Shown here piece after piece: positions 51,491 to 61,359 of a stretch of DNA of 64,000 nucleotides. The position numbers and the translations under genes are program-made. This stretch comes from Candidatus Nomurabacteria bacterium (GTDB lineage Bacteria; Patescibacteriota; Minisyncoccia; Phycocordibacterales; UBA9973), in assembly GCA_023267215.1 (NCBI GenBank), contig JAHFNS010000001.1:239507-303506 (forward strand). The letters run 5' to 3'. Position 1 is the stretch's first letter. Every line of letters starts with the position of its first letter. The notes below the pieces were generated by a model. The model had not been told where the DNA came from. It worked only from the letters and a program-made list of their open reading frames with translations, and did not search any database.

Positions 51491-54079
51491 TTAACCAAAG
51501 ATTTCTAATACTTCTTCGTAGTGTTCATTTTTCTTATCAATCACTTTCAGTAATTCTGTCTCTTTAACATCAAGCAATTCTCCAGTATCACTAAATGTAA
51601 GGAGATCACTATGTTCACTGATAAGGTATCTGGAAGCCCCACGAGAAAAACCAATATTTTGAAGTTCAATTACACGTTTGTCAGTCGTTCCATACTCAAT
51701 AAATTCTGACCAATCTTGGCCTGCATTTTCTTCACCCAAAACATATCTAGAAAGCAGGTAATAATTTAAGAAATATTTTTCAATTTTAAATCTCAAGCCA
51801 TTTTCAATATCACTCATTATTTGCTCAATAATAATATTAATTTGTTTCTGGTCACCAGTAAACTTTTCATTTATTGGGCGTCCATCTTCGTAGAACCAAA
51901 TATCTCCTTTTTCTTGATGATACTTCAAAGAAAAAGTTATTAACCTACTGATGGGTTCAGCTTTCGTCCAGTTTCTTATAAGCATAGCCCAATATCTTAA
52001 ACGAGACATACCATGACCTACTCCCACTAATCCTTTTGGAATTAATGGATCTCTTCCCCCTGATTCTTCAACGCCCCAGTTGTACATTTCATACAAAGTC
52101 TCAAGTGCGTGAACAATCACATCAATATTTTCATTATTTATAGTTAGCACTGCTTGCTGTTGATTTTTCTGAATGTATACAAGAACTTTATTTTGATAGA
52201 TAGGTTTTATTGTTGAAGAAGATCTAAGAATATCACTTGGGACATTATTATTTTTCTTAGTTTTTTCTAAGAGTTCAAAGGCTTGAGTATTCTTTTCAAA
52301 AAAGCCAGCTTTGAGAACCGAACCATCATTCTCAATATGGTGCAATAACATGATGGTAGAGTAATGGGTTAAATTTTCTTTTTCACCAACACGCAAACTA
52401 GTAGATAAATCTTCATTCAGTAAAGCCTTACCAATATTGATAAATTCTTTTTTCCTTCGTTTTTCTTTGTTTATCAAAAAACTATCAACTTTTTCTAAGT
52501 CTGTTTTCTTAAGCAGATCAGCACCTTCCTTCCATCGTCTGTCTTCGTCTCGAACACAAATAACATTACCAGAAACTTCTTTCATAAGACGACCAGCACG
52601 ACCAATTAAATTTTCAAAATCGATTTTTTCAAATGTATGTGACCCATGACCATCATTAAAGACAAATATGTTCTTCGCTGGAAGATTTATGCCTTCCAAT
52701 AATGTTGAGGTGCAAAAAACATACCTAAGTGACGAATCCTTGTCAGCAAAGAAATCTTCAATTTTACGTCTAACTGGTTGGGGCATTTTCCCATGGTGAA
52801 ATGCCACACCTTTTCTGAGACATTCAATAAGGTAATAATCTTTGTGGACATAATCAGCAATAAAAACAATTAGGTCACGAAGTTCTTGGGTATCTGGAAC
52901 TTTCTGTAGGGTTAAGGCAAATTCTTTCGCCCTTCGTACCGTCTCAGAAATTCCATTACAATAGATAATGTTATTAACATCCTTGCCTAGATTTTCAATT
53001 AACTTGTTTGAGCTAAGATTAAACTGAAAATTATCCAATTCATGTTTATCACCAAGATCAGAAAATAATGTGGCATGTTTTTCTTTAAAATCAACAAAGT
53101 ATCTATTCTGAGCAACTGTCTGTTCTGTAATAGCAAGCGAACCCTTTTCGTCCTTCTCAAACAATTTCAAGAAAATATCTGGGTTGGGTATATTAGGTGA
53201 TGCAAAAACTAATTTTGTGGCAAACCTTCGTGTAGTTTCATATATCGCATGATAGTAAAGAGAGCTACGAGAATCATTTTCGGCAATTACTTTCTGAGCC
53301 TCATCCACAAACAAATATTTTATAGTAAGACTATTGGTACTTACATAACTTAGTAATCTTTCAGGTGTAAAAACAAATACGTGGTGCTTGTATCGTTTCT
53401 GGGCATATGAGGACAACACTGGATGAGAAGCAATGTTAACTTCGCTGTCATCAATTTCATTTCTTAATTCAGCAACAACCTGACCAATCAACGCTCTAGT
53501 TGGAACAAGAATTACAACAGCCCCATTAGATATTTGATTTTGTTGCAATAGGTGCCTGATATAATCTTTCATAATAAAAGATTTTCCAATTGATGTTGGA
53601 CCAGAAAAACTAAAGTAATCGAACAAATCTAATTCTTTTCTAATTTGATATTGGGCATCCGTAAAAACATATTTACCATTAGATGTTTTCTGATTTTCAG
53701 ACTTCACTTGTTTTTCTATATCCCTTTCTAGTGGAAGCGTACTAATATATTCGTGGTTATCTCGGAGAAACTGCAATGCAGGAAAATTTCCTAATTTTGA
53801 AAGAATCGCACTTGCAAACAAATTGAAGCCCTCGGTGTGTCCGAAAACTTTAACCAAAAGAGCAATAATCTTGTATGCCAAATTTCTTGCATTTGAATCA
53901 GTTGAATGAGATAGTATGTCTGCAAATCTCATTAAATCCTTAAACTCTTTTTCGGATATTGATTCTTTCGTTGCAAGACTGAAACAATCACAAGCTGAAA
54001 TCACTTCTGCTTTCTGAAAAAGACTCAGAAAATAATCATCCTTCAATATGTCGTTTTTCAGAGTTTCAGCAATGGTCAT
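51491..54079 (-). CDS. hamB: Hachiman helicase HamB (Ski2-like DEAD/DEAH)
   Basis: SGPTSIGKS, VPTRAL, TPER, DEAQ, FHHG, TSTLLEGINLP, GRAGR; coupled to DUF1837. Confidence 0.88.
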   Translation of the reverse strand: MTIAETLKNDILKDDYFLSLFQKAEVISACDCFSLATKESISEKEFKDLMRFADILSHSTDSNARNLAYKIIALLVKVFGHTEGFNLFASAILSKLGNFPALQFLRDNHEYISTLPLERDIEKQVKSENQKTSNGKYVFTDAQYQIRKELDLFDYFSFSGPTSIGKSFIMKDYIRHLLQQNQISNGAVVILVPTRALIGQVVAELRNEIDDSEVNIASHPVLSSYAQKRYKHHVFVFTPERLLSYVSTNSLTIKYLFVDEAQKVIAENDSRSSLYYHAIYETTRRFATKLVFASPNIPNPDIFLKLFEKDEKGSLAITEQTVAQNRYFVDFKEKHATLFSDLGDKHELDNFQFNLSSNKLIENLGKDVNNIIYCNGISETVRRAKEFALTLQKVPDTQELRDLIVFIADYVHKDYYLIECLRKGVAFHHGKMPQPVRRKIEDFFADKDSSLRYVFCTSTLLEGINLPAKNIFVFNDGHGSHTFEKIDFENLIGRAGRLMKEVSGNVICVRDEDRRWKEGADLLKKTDLEKVDSFLINKEKRRKKEFINIGKALLNEDLSTSLRVGEKENLTHYSTIMLLHHIENDGSVLKAGFFEKNTQAFELLEKTKKNNNVPSDILRSSSTIKPIYQNKVLVYIQKNQQQAVLTINNENIDVIVHALETLYEMYNWGVEESGGRDPLIPKGLVGVGHGMSRLRYWAMLIRNWTKAEPISRLITFSLKYHQEKGDIWFYEDGRPINEKFTGDQKQINIIIEQIMSDIENGLRFKIEKYFLNYYLLSRYVLGEENAGQDWSEFIEYGTTDKRVIELQNIGFSRGASRYLISEHSDLLTFSDTGELLDVKETELLKVIDKKNEHYEEVLEIFG

Positions 54080-55005
54080 TGTATGTATTCAATTATTTTC
54101 TTTCTAGTAGAGTCTATACAAACATCGCCTTTCTTTATAAACGGTACGGCGTAGATATAAAAATGATAGCCAGATAAATTATAGGCTGTAATTTGTTCTT
54201 TTATATAGTCATATTTTTCCTCTACAGCTTTTTTAACTTCTTCTTTTATTTTCTTTTCAAAATCAGAGTCTGTTATATTTTGAAGATCCCAATCATTTAT
54301 ATCGATTTCAAATCCAACGAAAATACCAAAGGCATTCATTTTCGTAATTGTGGTATCGCGGGCAGATGGTTTAATAATCTTTTTCAAAAACTCAACTGTA
54401 GCTTCTGAATAAGATTCTTTCATGAGATTAGAATCAACGAGATTTAATTCACCACCGATACCCTCAGTTTCAACTTTCTTAATTGATTTAAAAGCATCAG
54501 CGATTGCCTTGCGGAAACTTGAACCTTTTTCAGTTGAATCACTGATCATTTTTGATTCTCCAAAAATTAGATGAAAATTTCCATCTCCTAAATCAAGTAA
54601 ATGAATTCCATCAGCTCCTTTTATATAATCATTACCAGCTGTTTTCAATTCCATTTTGGATAATATTTTTGGAGCATTCAAGTGTGTCTCTAAAAAACAA
54701 TACAGAAAAAGTTCTCCTCCTTCTCCGTCATTAACCTTAGAATTTCTAAAGGATTCCTGAACTCGCTTTATGTGTTCATGCATTTTACCTTCTTCAATTC
54801 CTTCAAATTTAGTACGAGAAAATACATAAGTAATCGCAGCGTTACCCAATTCTCGATTCATACTTTCATAATCGAAATGCCCACCGTCTATACGCAACAC
54901 ATACAAACTAACTTTAGTCTTCTGAGTTAATTCATGAGCATCAATCTCTGGTTTATAGAAGAGATCCAAAAATTGTTTTCCATTTTTTATACTTTGTTGC
55001 AACAT
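54076..55005 (-). CDS. hamA: Hachiman nuclease HamA (DUF1837)
   Basis: GEGGELFLY.FLE..L.APKILSKMELKT, GADGIH, FGESK. Confidence 0.88.
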   Translation of the reverse strand: MLQQSIKNGKQFLDLFYKPEIDAHELTQKTKVSLYVLRIDGGHFDYESMNRELGNAAITYVFSRTKFEGIEEGKMHEHIKRVQESFRNSKVNDGEGGELFLYCFLETHLNAPKILSKMELKTAGNDYIKGADGIHLLDLGDGNFHLIFGESKMISDSTEKGSSFRKAIADAFKSIKKVETEGIGGELNLVDSNLMKESYSEATVEFLKKIIKPSARDTTITKMNAFGIFVGFEIDINDWDLQNITDSDFEKKIKEEVKKAVEEKYDYIKEQITAYNLSGYHFYIYAVPFIKKGDVCIDSTRKKIIEYIQ

Positions 55006-55011
55006 ATAATT

Positions 55012-55353
55012 TTATTCTTTCCAACGTGTGACCACTTGTGGCACGTGCTGTAATTCTTTCCTGTAATGTGCTGGTTTAGCGTGAATATCTATTGGAAGTT
55101 TCCATAGCGGATCACGATCAGCAGAAACCTTTTCTAAAATGTTGTTTTTTGACAAGGCTCCTAAAATACCACCAATTGTTTTTCGGTATTCTGCCTCATC
55201 TTCAATAATCAAAAATTTCCTCATTGCTTTCGCAAAATCAGATGAGAAAAAAGGCTTATTTTTCTCATCATAAAGCTTGGTTAATACTACATAGAGCCCA
55301 ACCTGTTGTTTGGCGGAAAGCTCTTTTAAGTTCCTCTTTTGTCCTTTTTTCAT
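55012..55353 (-). CDS. Putative winged-helix DNA-binding protein
   Basis: IGGILGALSK..ILEK....P.W; start at MKKGQK after TGcTATACT. Confidence 0.6.
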   Translation of the reverse strand: MKKGQKRNLKELSAKQQVGLYVVLTKLYDEKNKPFFSSDFAKAMRKFLIIEDEAEYRKTIGGILGALSKNNILEKVSADRDPLWKLPIDIHAKPAHYRKELQHVPQVVTRWKE

Positions 55354-55393
55354 CGTCCTAGTATAGCATAGTACTCTATAGTATAATAACGAC

Positions 55394-55978
55394 ATGAAAG
55401 AAATGAAGAGCAAGTTTGTAAAAAGACTAAATGATCAAGAAATTATACTTCAATTTGGGCCTTTTCCTGTTACATCTCCAAATCCAAATGTTGAGTCATT
55501 CGAAGAATATCATTACCTTAGATCTCAAAAGCGGATTGTATATGAAAAGTATGAAACAGGTATACTTCCAAAAGATGTAACTCTTAGCACTCCAAATTTC
55601 AGACGGTTCATACAATCTCCCGACAAAGAAATAGCACTAAGAGATATTTCTTTTATTAAAGTAATTTTTGATTGCGATAAAAAGAAGAAAAAGTACAGTT
55701 TGACCATCATTGAATTTTTTGATTATAAAAAAATCAATTTGTCGTCAACTCCTATGAGAAAGATGATTGAAATTTTATGTAGCAAAGACGATTATGTAAA
55801 CACCAAAGAACTAGTGAGAAAAACCGGATTCAAAAATATAGATACTCTTAGAGCATCAAAACGGAGAATAAATGCTCAAATCAGAAAAAAATTTGGCACA
55901 AACAAGGACTTCTTAGAGGGAGATCAAGGAAACGGCTATCATATCTCGAAGTCTTTTCTTGTTTTAAAGAAATCATAG
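55394..55978 (+). CDS. Hypothetical protein with C-terminal OmpR-like wHTH
   Basis: LR..KRRIN..IR......GNGY.I; divergent from the previous gene. Confidence 0.6.
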   Translation: MKEMKSKFVKRLNDQEIILQFGPFPVTSPNPNVESFEEYHYLRSQKRIVYEKYETGILPKDVTLSTPNFRRFIQSPDKEIALRDISFIKVIFDCDKKKKKYSLTIIEFFDYKKINLSSTPMRKMIEILCSKDDYVNTKELVRKTGFKNIDTLRASKRRINAQIRKKFGTNKDFLEGDQGNGYHISKSFLVLKKS

Positions 55979-55997
55979 GTAGAACACTCAGTTATCC

Positions 55998-56025
55998 ACA
56001 GCGTCTCAAAAGACGCTGTTTTTTG
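55998..56025 (+). terminator. Intrinsic terminator
   Basis: ACAGCGTC-TCAAAA-GACGCTGT-TTTTT. Confidence 0.75.
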
Positions 56026-56147
56026 TTGCCTTATACGCCAAATCAAATTTTTTATCAATAAAATATTCGTCCTGCTTTTTCTTGTAGTTTTGGGAAAATT
56101 AAGGTGGGTCGATACTAAAAAGTATTAGTAATTTAATAAAAAATATT

Positions 56148-57434
56148 ATGAAAAAACAAAAATTAGTGTGGCGTACGGAAAAGCGAAAAGTAAATTCGCT
56201 AATTCCTTATGACAAAAATCCGAGGAGTATAACTAAAACACAAGAAGACCAATTAGATTCAAGTGTCGTTACTTACGGTTATGTGGAGTTGGTTGCAATA
56301 AATACAGATGGAGTGATTATTGCCGGACACAAAAGAGTCGAATCTCTTAAACGTCTAGGTTGTGGCGAAGAAGAAATAGAAGTGAGAATTCCGTGTCGTA
56401 AATTATCGGAAAAAGAATTCAGAGCATATTTGCTCATTAGCAATCGCTCTGGAGGAACATTCGATTTTGATAAGTTGGCGGCTGATTTTGACATCGATGA
56501 ACTTCTAACAGCAGGATTTGATTCACTGGATTTAAGCAATATCTTTGATGACAACTTGGATGTTGTTGACGATGAATTTGACGAAGAAAAAGAAATTGAA
56601 AAAGCAAAAAATACTGATATTAAGATTGGGGATTATTTTGCCCTGGGTCGGCATAGACTACTTTGTGCAGATAGCACAGATCCAGAGAATGTTAGGAAGT
56701 TAATGAATGGAGTAAAAGCAGACATGGTCAATACAGATTTACCATATAATATTTCTTACTCATACGACAGCGGGTTGTCTAACAAAAAAGGAAAATATGG
56801 TGGACGAACCAACGACAGTAAGACTGATGAAGAGTACGATAAATTTGTAAAATCAGTTATGCGAAATGCATTGTCTGTCACTAAGCCCGATGCACATATA
56901 ATGTTCTGGTGCGATGAACGGTTTGTCTGGCTTTTTCAGAACGCATATAGAGAACTTGGCATTGATTCCAAACGACTACTCATCTGGATCAAGGACAATG
57001 CGACACCGACAGATAAAATAGCGTGGAATAAAGTAACAGAATATTGTGTTTATGGAACGATAGGTCATCCTTGGCTAAATAGCAAGATAAAAAATCTAAA
57101 TGAAATACAGAATAAAGAGGTTTCTACAGGGAATAGACTTACTGATGACATCCTAGATTTATTTAATATCTGGCTCGTAAAGAGATTGCCTGCATCTGAA
57201 TATTTACATCCCACTCAAAAAAATCCTACTCTTCACGAAAAAGCATTAAGAAGATGCACTCGCCCCGGAGATGTAGTTCTAGATCTTGCCTCGGGGTCAG
57301 GAAGTATTCTTTCATCATGTGAGCAAATGAAACGCACCGCATACATGTGTGATTGTGAAAATGTCTTTTGCCAAGTAATTATTAACCGCTTTAAACAACT
57401 TAATCCCAATGAAAAAATTATCAAACTCAATTAA
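56148..57434 (+). CDS. ParB-like domain fused to N4/N6 DNA methyltransferase
   Basis: L.PY.KNPR, IIAGH.R; GRHRLLCADST, TDLPYN, HPTQK, LDLASGSGS. Confidence 0.88.
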   Translation: MKKQKLVWRTEKRKVNSLIPYDKNPRSITKTQEDQLDSSVVTYGYVELVAINTDGVIIAGHKRVESLKRLGCGEEEIEVRIPCRKLSEKEFRAYLLISNRSGGTFDFDKLAADFDIDELLTAGFDSLDLSNIFDDNLDVVDDEFDEEKEIEKAKNTDIKIGDYFALGRHRLLCADSTDPENVRKLMNGVKADMVNTDLPYNISYSYDSGLSNKKGKYGGRTNDSKTDEEYDKFVKSVMRNALSVTKPDAHIMFWCDERFVWLFQNAYRELGIDSKRLLIWIKDNATPTDKIAWNKVTEYCVYGTIGHPWLNSKIKNLNEIQNKEVSTGNRLTDDILDLFNIWLVKRLPASEYLHPTQKNPTLHEKALRRCTRPGDVVLDLASGSGSILSSCEQMKRTAYMCDCENVFCQVIINRFKQLNPNEKIIKLN

Positions 57435-58167
57435 ATACGGAGATGTTTTTCGCCTCGGAGATAATTTGCTTTTGTGTGCCGATTGCCGAGACAAAGAGCT
57501 GATTAAAAAATTAATCGGCGAGCATAAAATAAAAGCGGTAATAAGTGATCCTCCATACGGAGTAGCTGTGACTGAAAGTAAAGAAAACTTTCAAACACTC
57601 TCAAAGAACAAAGTAATAGCCAATGATCACCTCCAAACAGATGAGGAGTATAAGAAGTTCACAATGGACTGGATTGAGCCTATTAAGCCCCACCTAGAGC
57701 GTAAAAACGTCTTCTATATCTTCAATGCAGATAAGATGATATTTGCTCTACGTGAAGGAATGCTTGAGGCAGGACTCAAATTTGCCCAGCTCTTAATATG
57801 GGTCAAAACTCACGCTGTTATAGGACGTATGGACTATGCTCCCCAACACGAGTTAATCGCTTACGGTTGGTATGGGGTGCATGAATTAGTAAAGGCAAAA
57901 GACAAAAGTGTGTTGGTGTGTCCCAAGCCGAACAAAAGTAAAATGCATCCGACCACCAAGCCAATGGAACTAATTCGTAGATTGGTTTTGAACAGCACTC
58001 GAATTGGAGATGTAGTATACGATCCCTATCTCGGTTCAGGGACAACACTTTTAACATGTCAGCAAACAAAACGAATTTGTATTGGAGTTGAAATAGATCC
58101 GGAATATTGTGCAACAACAATTTTTAGGTTCGAAAAATTAGCAGGTCTAACCGCTAAAAAATTATGA
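57409..58167 (+). CDS. N4/N6 DNA methyltransferase
   Basis: SDPPYG, HPTTKP, DPYLGSGTT. Confidence 0.92.
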   Translation: MKKLSNSIKYGDVFRLGDNLLLCADCRDKELIKKLIGEHKIKAVISDPPYGVAVTESKENFQTLSKNKVIANDHLQTDEEYKKFTMDWIEPIKPHLERKNVFYIFNADKMIFALREGMLEAGLKFAQLLIWVKTHAVIGRMDYAPQHELIAYGWYGVHELVKAKDKSVLVCPKPNKSKMHPTTKPMELIRRLVLNSTRIGDVVYDPYLGSGTTLLTCQQTKRICIGVEIDPEYCATTIFRFEKLAGLTAKKL

Positions 58168-58598
58168 GCAGAAAAGACACAATTAAAATTAGGCAGAATA
58201 AATTAAAAGAAGCTTTTCTTGATCAGCTTAAAAGGACGCCGACGATAGAAACAGCGTGTCAGAAAGTTGGAGTATCTCGGGCAACTGTATATCGATGGAT
58301 CAAAGAAAGTAAAAAGTTTGAACAACAGGTCGATGAATCACTAATTGAAGGCAGAACCTTTATGTCCGACATTGCTGAAAACCAACTCTTCTCCCTAATT
58401 GGCGACAAAAAAATTGAAGCAATTAGATTGTATCTCTCAACGCATAATGCTCGCTACGGCAATAAGCTTGAATTATCTGGAAATCTATCAACAAAAAATA
58501 AACCAATACCGAAAGAAGACAGAAAAGATATTTTTAGAGCATTAAAAATGTCATCACTTAAAAATTATGAAAAAAAAGAAAAAGAAAAAAGAAAGTGA
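58164..58598 (+). CDS. HTH protein, probable terminase small subunit
   Basis: ACQKVGVSRATVYRW; directly before TerL. Confidence 0.72.
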   Translation: MSRKDTIKIRQNKLKEAFLDQLKRTPTIETACQKVGVSRATVYRWIKESKKFEQQVDESLIEGRTFMSDIAENQLFSLIGDKKIEAIRLYLSTHNARYGNKLELSGNLSTKNKPIPKEDRKDIFRALKMSSLKNYEKKEKEKRK

Positions 58599-60021
58599 AA
58601 AAGTATTTAAACGTATATTAAAGGATCAAAAATTTCGTCAGGAACTCGTTAAAAGAAGTTTAGAATTTTTCTTTCCAATATATCTCCACCAGTACATTAA
58701 ATACGATACGGCTCCTTTTCATAAGGAAATATTTAGTATTCTTCAAAATGAAAAGTATAAACTTGCTGTTATCGCCGCCTTCCGAGGTTCAGCCAAATCA
58801 ACCATAGTAACCACTGCCTATGTTCTGTGGTCAATCCTTGGTACACCACAGTGTAAATTTATCATCATCTGTTCGCAGACTGAAGTAAAATCTAGACAAC
58901 ACTTAAACAACATTAAAGATCAGCTTCTACAAAACGAATTACTCAAGAAAGATTTAGGGCCATTCGAAGAAGAGAGAAATAATCTAGGTAATGCTACAGC
59001 CCTCATTATCAAACGAATGAATGTGAAAATAATGATCTGTTCAGTTGAGCAGAGTATTCGCGGTATGCGTCATAACCAGTATCGCCCTGACCTCATTATT
59101 CTGGATGACATTGATGACTTGGACTCAGTTAAAACAAAAGAGGGTCGCAATAAAACCTTTGATTGGCTAACTGGCGATATCATTCCCGCAGGTACCAGCA
59201 AAACCCGTATTATCGCTATCGGTAACTTACTGCACGAAGATTGCGTATTGAAACGCTTAGAGAAAAAGATAGAGAATGGTGAACTGAAAAGAATGAATGG
59301 CATATACCGAGAATACCCAATTGTTGATAGTAAGGGTAACCCATTATGGCCCAGTAAATATCCAACCCTTGAGTCGATAGAAGAAGAGCATGAAAAAACT
59401 CTTGATGAAATTTCATGGCAACGAGAATTCATGCTGAAAATCATATCCAGCGATGAACAGATAGTAAAACCAGAATGGATTAAACTTTATGATGCTTTGC
59501 CTACAGGTAAACCACGTAATATATCTATTGGTATTGATTTGGCGATTAGTGAAAAAGATTCTGCAGATTATACCGCAATGGTTGTTGGGTATGTTTATGG
59601 ACTTGGAAAGAATATGAAAATATTCATAAAAAGAAATCCCATAAATACCAGAATTCCATTTCCCGTACAGGCAGAGTATGTAAAACAATTGGTTGCTACA
59701 GAAAAACTAGTATTCGAAAAAGTGAAGTTGTATATTGAAAATAACGGCTACCAAAAAGCACTGGTTCAAGTTCTGGATGCTCGGTTGTATGAGGTTGAAG
59801 GCGTACCGACAGGAAGAAACGATAAGGCTATGCGATTACGTATGACTACGTCCTTAATTAAAGAAGGGCGGGTATTGTTTGACAAAGAAGGATGCGAAGA
59901 ACTTCTTGATCAACTACTAGGATTCGGAAAAGAAAAACACGATGATTTAGTAGACGCTTTTTCTTTGATGGTAATTAAGGTGATTGAAAATAATCCCAAA
60001 AACGGATTTTTATTTGGATAA
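58567..60021 (+). CDS. Phage terminase large subunit
   Basis: AFRGSAKST, RG....RPDLIILDD, GIDLA, DYTA, IE, HDDLVDA. Confidence 0.88.
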   Translation: MKKKKKKKESEKVFKRILKDQKFRQELVKRSLEFFFPIYLHQYIKYDTAPFHKEIFSILQNEKYKLAVIAAFRGSAKSTIVTTAYVLWSILGTPQCKFIIICSQTEVKSRQHLNNIKDQLLQNELLKKDLGPFEEERNNLGNATALIIKRMNVKIMICSVEQSIRGMRHNQYRPDLIILDDIDDLDSVKTKEGRNKTFDWLTGDIIPAGTSKTRIIAIGNLLHEDCVLKRLEKKIENGELKRMNGIYREYPIVDSKGNPLWPSKYPTLESIEEEHEKTLDEISWQREFMLKIISSDEQIVKPEWIKLYDALPTGKPRNISIGIDLAISEKDSADYTAMVVGYVYGLGKNMKIFIKRNPINTRIPFPVQAEYVKQLVATEKLVFEKVKLYIENNGYQKALVQVLDARLYEVEGVPTGRNDKAMRLRMTTSLIKEGRVLFDKEGCEELLDQLLGFGKEKHDDLVDAFSLMVIKVIENNPKNGFLFG

Positions 60022-60024
60022 TAT

Positions 60025-60399
60025 CTATAGTAAGGCAATAAGATTAATCAAGATAAAAAATCCTATAGAAACTCCTACCGCAATGTATATTTTTTTCTTG
60101 AAATTACCACTTTTTTCCTCTTCCTTTTTACTTTTTGAAACAACTTCTTCTATTTCTTCTTTGGACATACTCTCATTCATGATCTTTTGAGCTCTTGGAG
60201 AATCTGCAGGGATAAGGTTTGGATTTTTACACTTAGGACAAACTGTATGCCTTGAGGAAGAACGCCAAGCTGAATAAATTAGACCCGGGATGATAAGTAA
60301 ACACCAAAGAAATATTTCAACCAACATACTTCCTTTAATAGCACCTTCTGCTTTTCCTACGTAACCACACTGAGTACAAACTAATATTTTTGACGACAT
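60025..60399 (-). CDS. Zinc-ribbon membrane protein
   Basis: CTQCG...TM...CPKC plus C-terminal TM. Confidence 0.75.
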   Translation of the reverse strand: MSSKILVCTQCGYVGKAEGAIKGSMLVEIFLWCLLIIPGLIYSAWRSSSRHTVCPKCKNPNLIPADSPRAQKIMNESMSKEEIEEVVSKSKKEEEKSGNFKKKIYIAVGVSIGFFILINLIALL

Positions 60400-60505
60400 A
60401 AATTATTTTGTTAATTATTAATAATGGTCGTGCCATCCTAGCTTAAACAAAAGGGTTTGTGTAGCTAGGTTACCAACAGTCTAAAATATCAAGCCCTTCA
60501 AGCCT

Positions 60506-61105
60506 TTATTCCTCATTTTCCAGCCTTTTCCTACGTTCATCTAATGTCTCGTCCTCATACATCCAATACAAAGTACCAGCCACGCTTTGCTTATATCCGA
60601 GCAGTTCCCGAGCAGATTCAGACAAGCTAGTTACTTTTCCTTTGAATTCTATTTTATTATTTTCCAAAACTTTGGCACTAATGGAATTATCTCTGGAATA
60701 TACAATCGTTGAACCAATAGGTACTTCGTATTTAACAAAATCAAATTTTGCTCTTTTTTCTTTTACTTCTTCTATCTCGTTTTGCTCCTCTTTTGTAACA
60801 TTTAAAAATTCTTTTGGAGTAATATCTTTTTTCTGAACTCGGCGAATAGCCGCAACAACACGCTCAGGATCAATTTTGAAAAATTCTCTTTCATCACGAA
60901 CTCGTCTATCAGAAAAAATAGAGTGAAGCCAAGTCTCTTCTGCTCGGGCATTATCTACTTCGCAAGCATAATAGCATTCAAAAGGTAGTGGAATATTTGT
61001 TCTGTCTAATTGCCTCATTCTTTCAAGAAGAGAATTATTCGTCATGCCGATTTTTACATATCCAGGCATCGCTTCGTTTGTTAAAATATAGACAATTTCA
61101 CTCAT
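60506..61105 (-). CDS. GIY-YIG (T5orf172-like) nuclease
   Basis: VYILTNEAMPGYVKIG.T, P.PF, E..LH, REFF. Confidence 0.88.
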   Translation of the reverse strand: MSEIVYILTNEAMPGYVKIGMTNNSLLERMRQLDRTNIPLPFECYYACEVDNARAEETWLHSIFSDRRVRDEREFFKIDPERVVAAIRRVQKKDITPKEFLNVTKEEQNEIEEVKEKRAKFDFVKYEVPIGSTIVYSRDNSISAKVLENNKIEFKGKVTSLSESARELLGYKQSVAGTLYWMYEDETLDERRKRLENEE

Positions 61106-61136
61106 AATATTTTATTAAATTAATAATTAGGCAAAC

Positions 61137-61238
61137 AAAAAGCCCACCACTTAGGTGAAGGCTTTCGCCTTCCATACCGGTTTCCCGATACGGTCTGTCA
61201 GACAACCCCAAATGATGGGTTTTTTATGTCTGACAGAA
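61137..61238 (-). ncRNA. Candidate structured leader RNA
   Basis: Multibranch fold with two GAAA tetraloop hairpins and an alternative 11-bp pairing. Confidence 0.55.
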
Positions 61239-61359
61239 CTTCATTCACCATGCCTTTATTTCTAAAGGTTTAGGCTACTTTTAATATATTTAATTGTGTT
61301 TACATCATAACGCATAAAAGCCCTTTTGTTAAGGGGAGCATGATCAAATCAACCAGTAT

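Noticed and set aside
56148-60021. Complete prophage
   Set aside because: No portal, capsid, tail, lysis or integrase genes within the window
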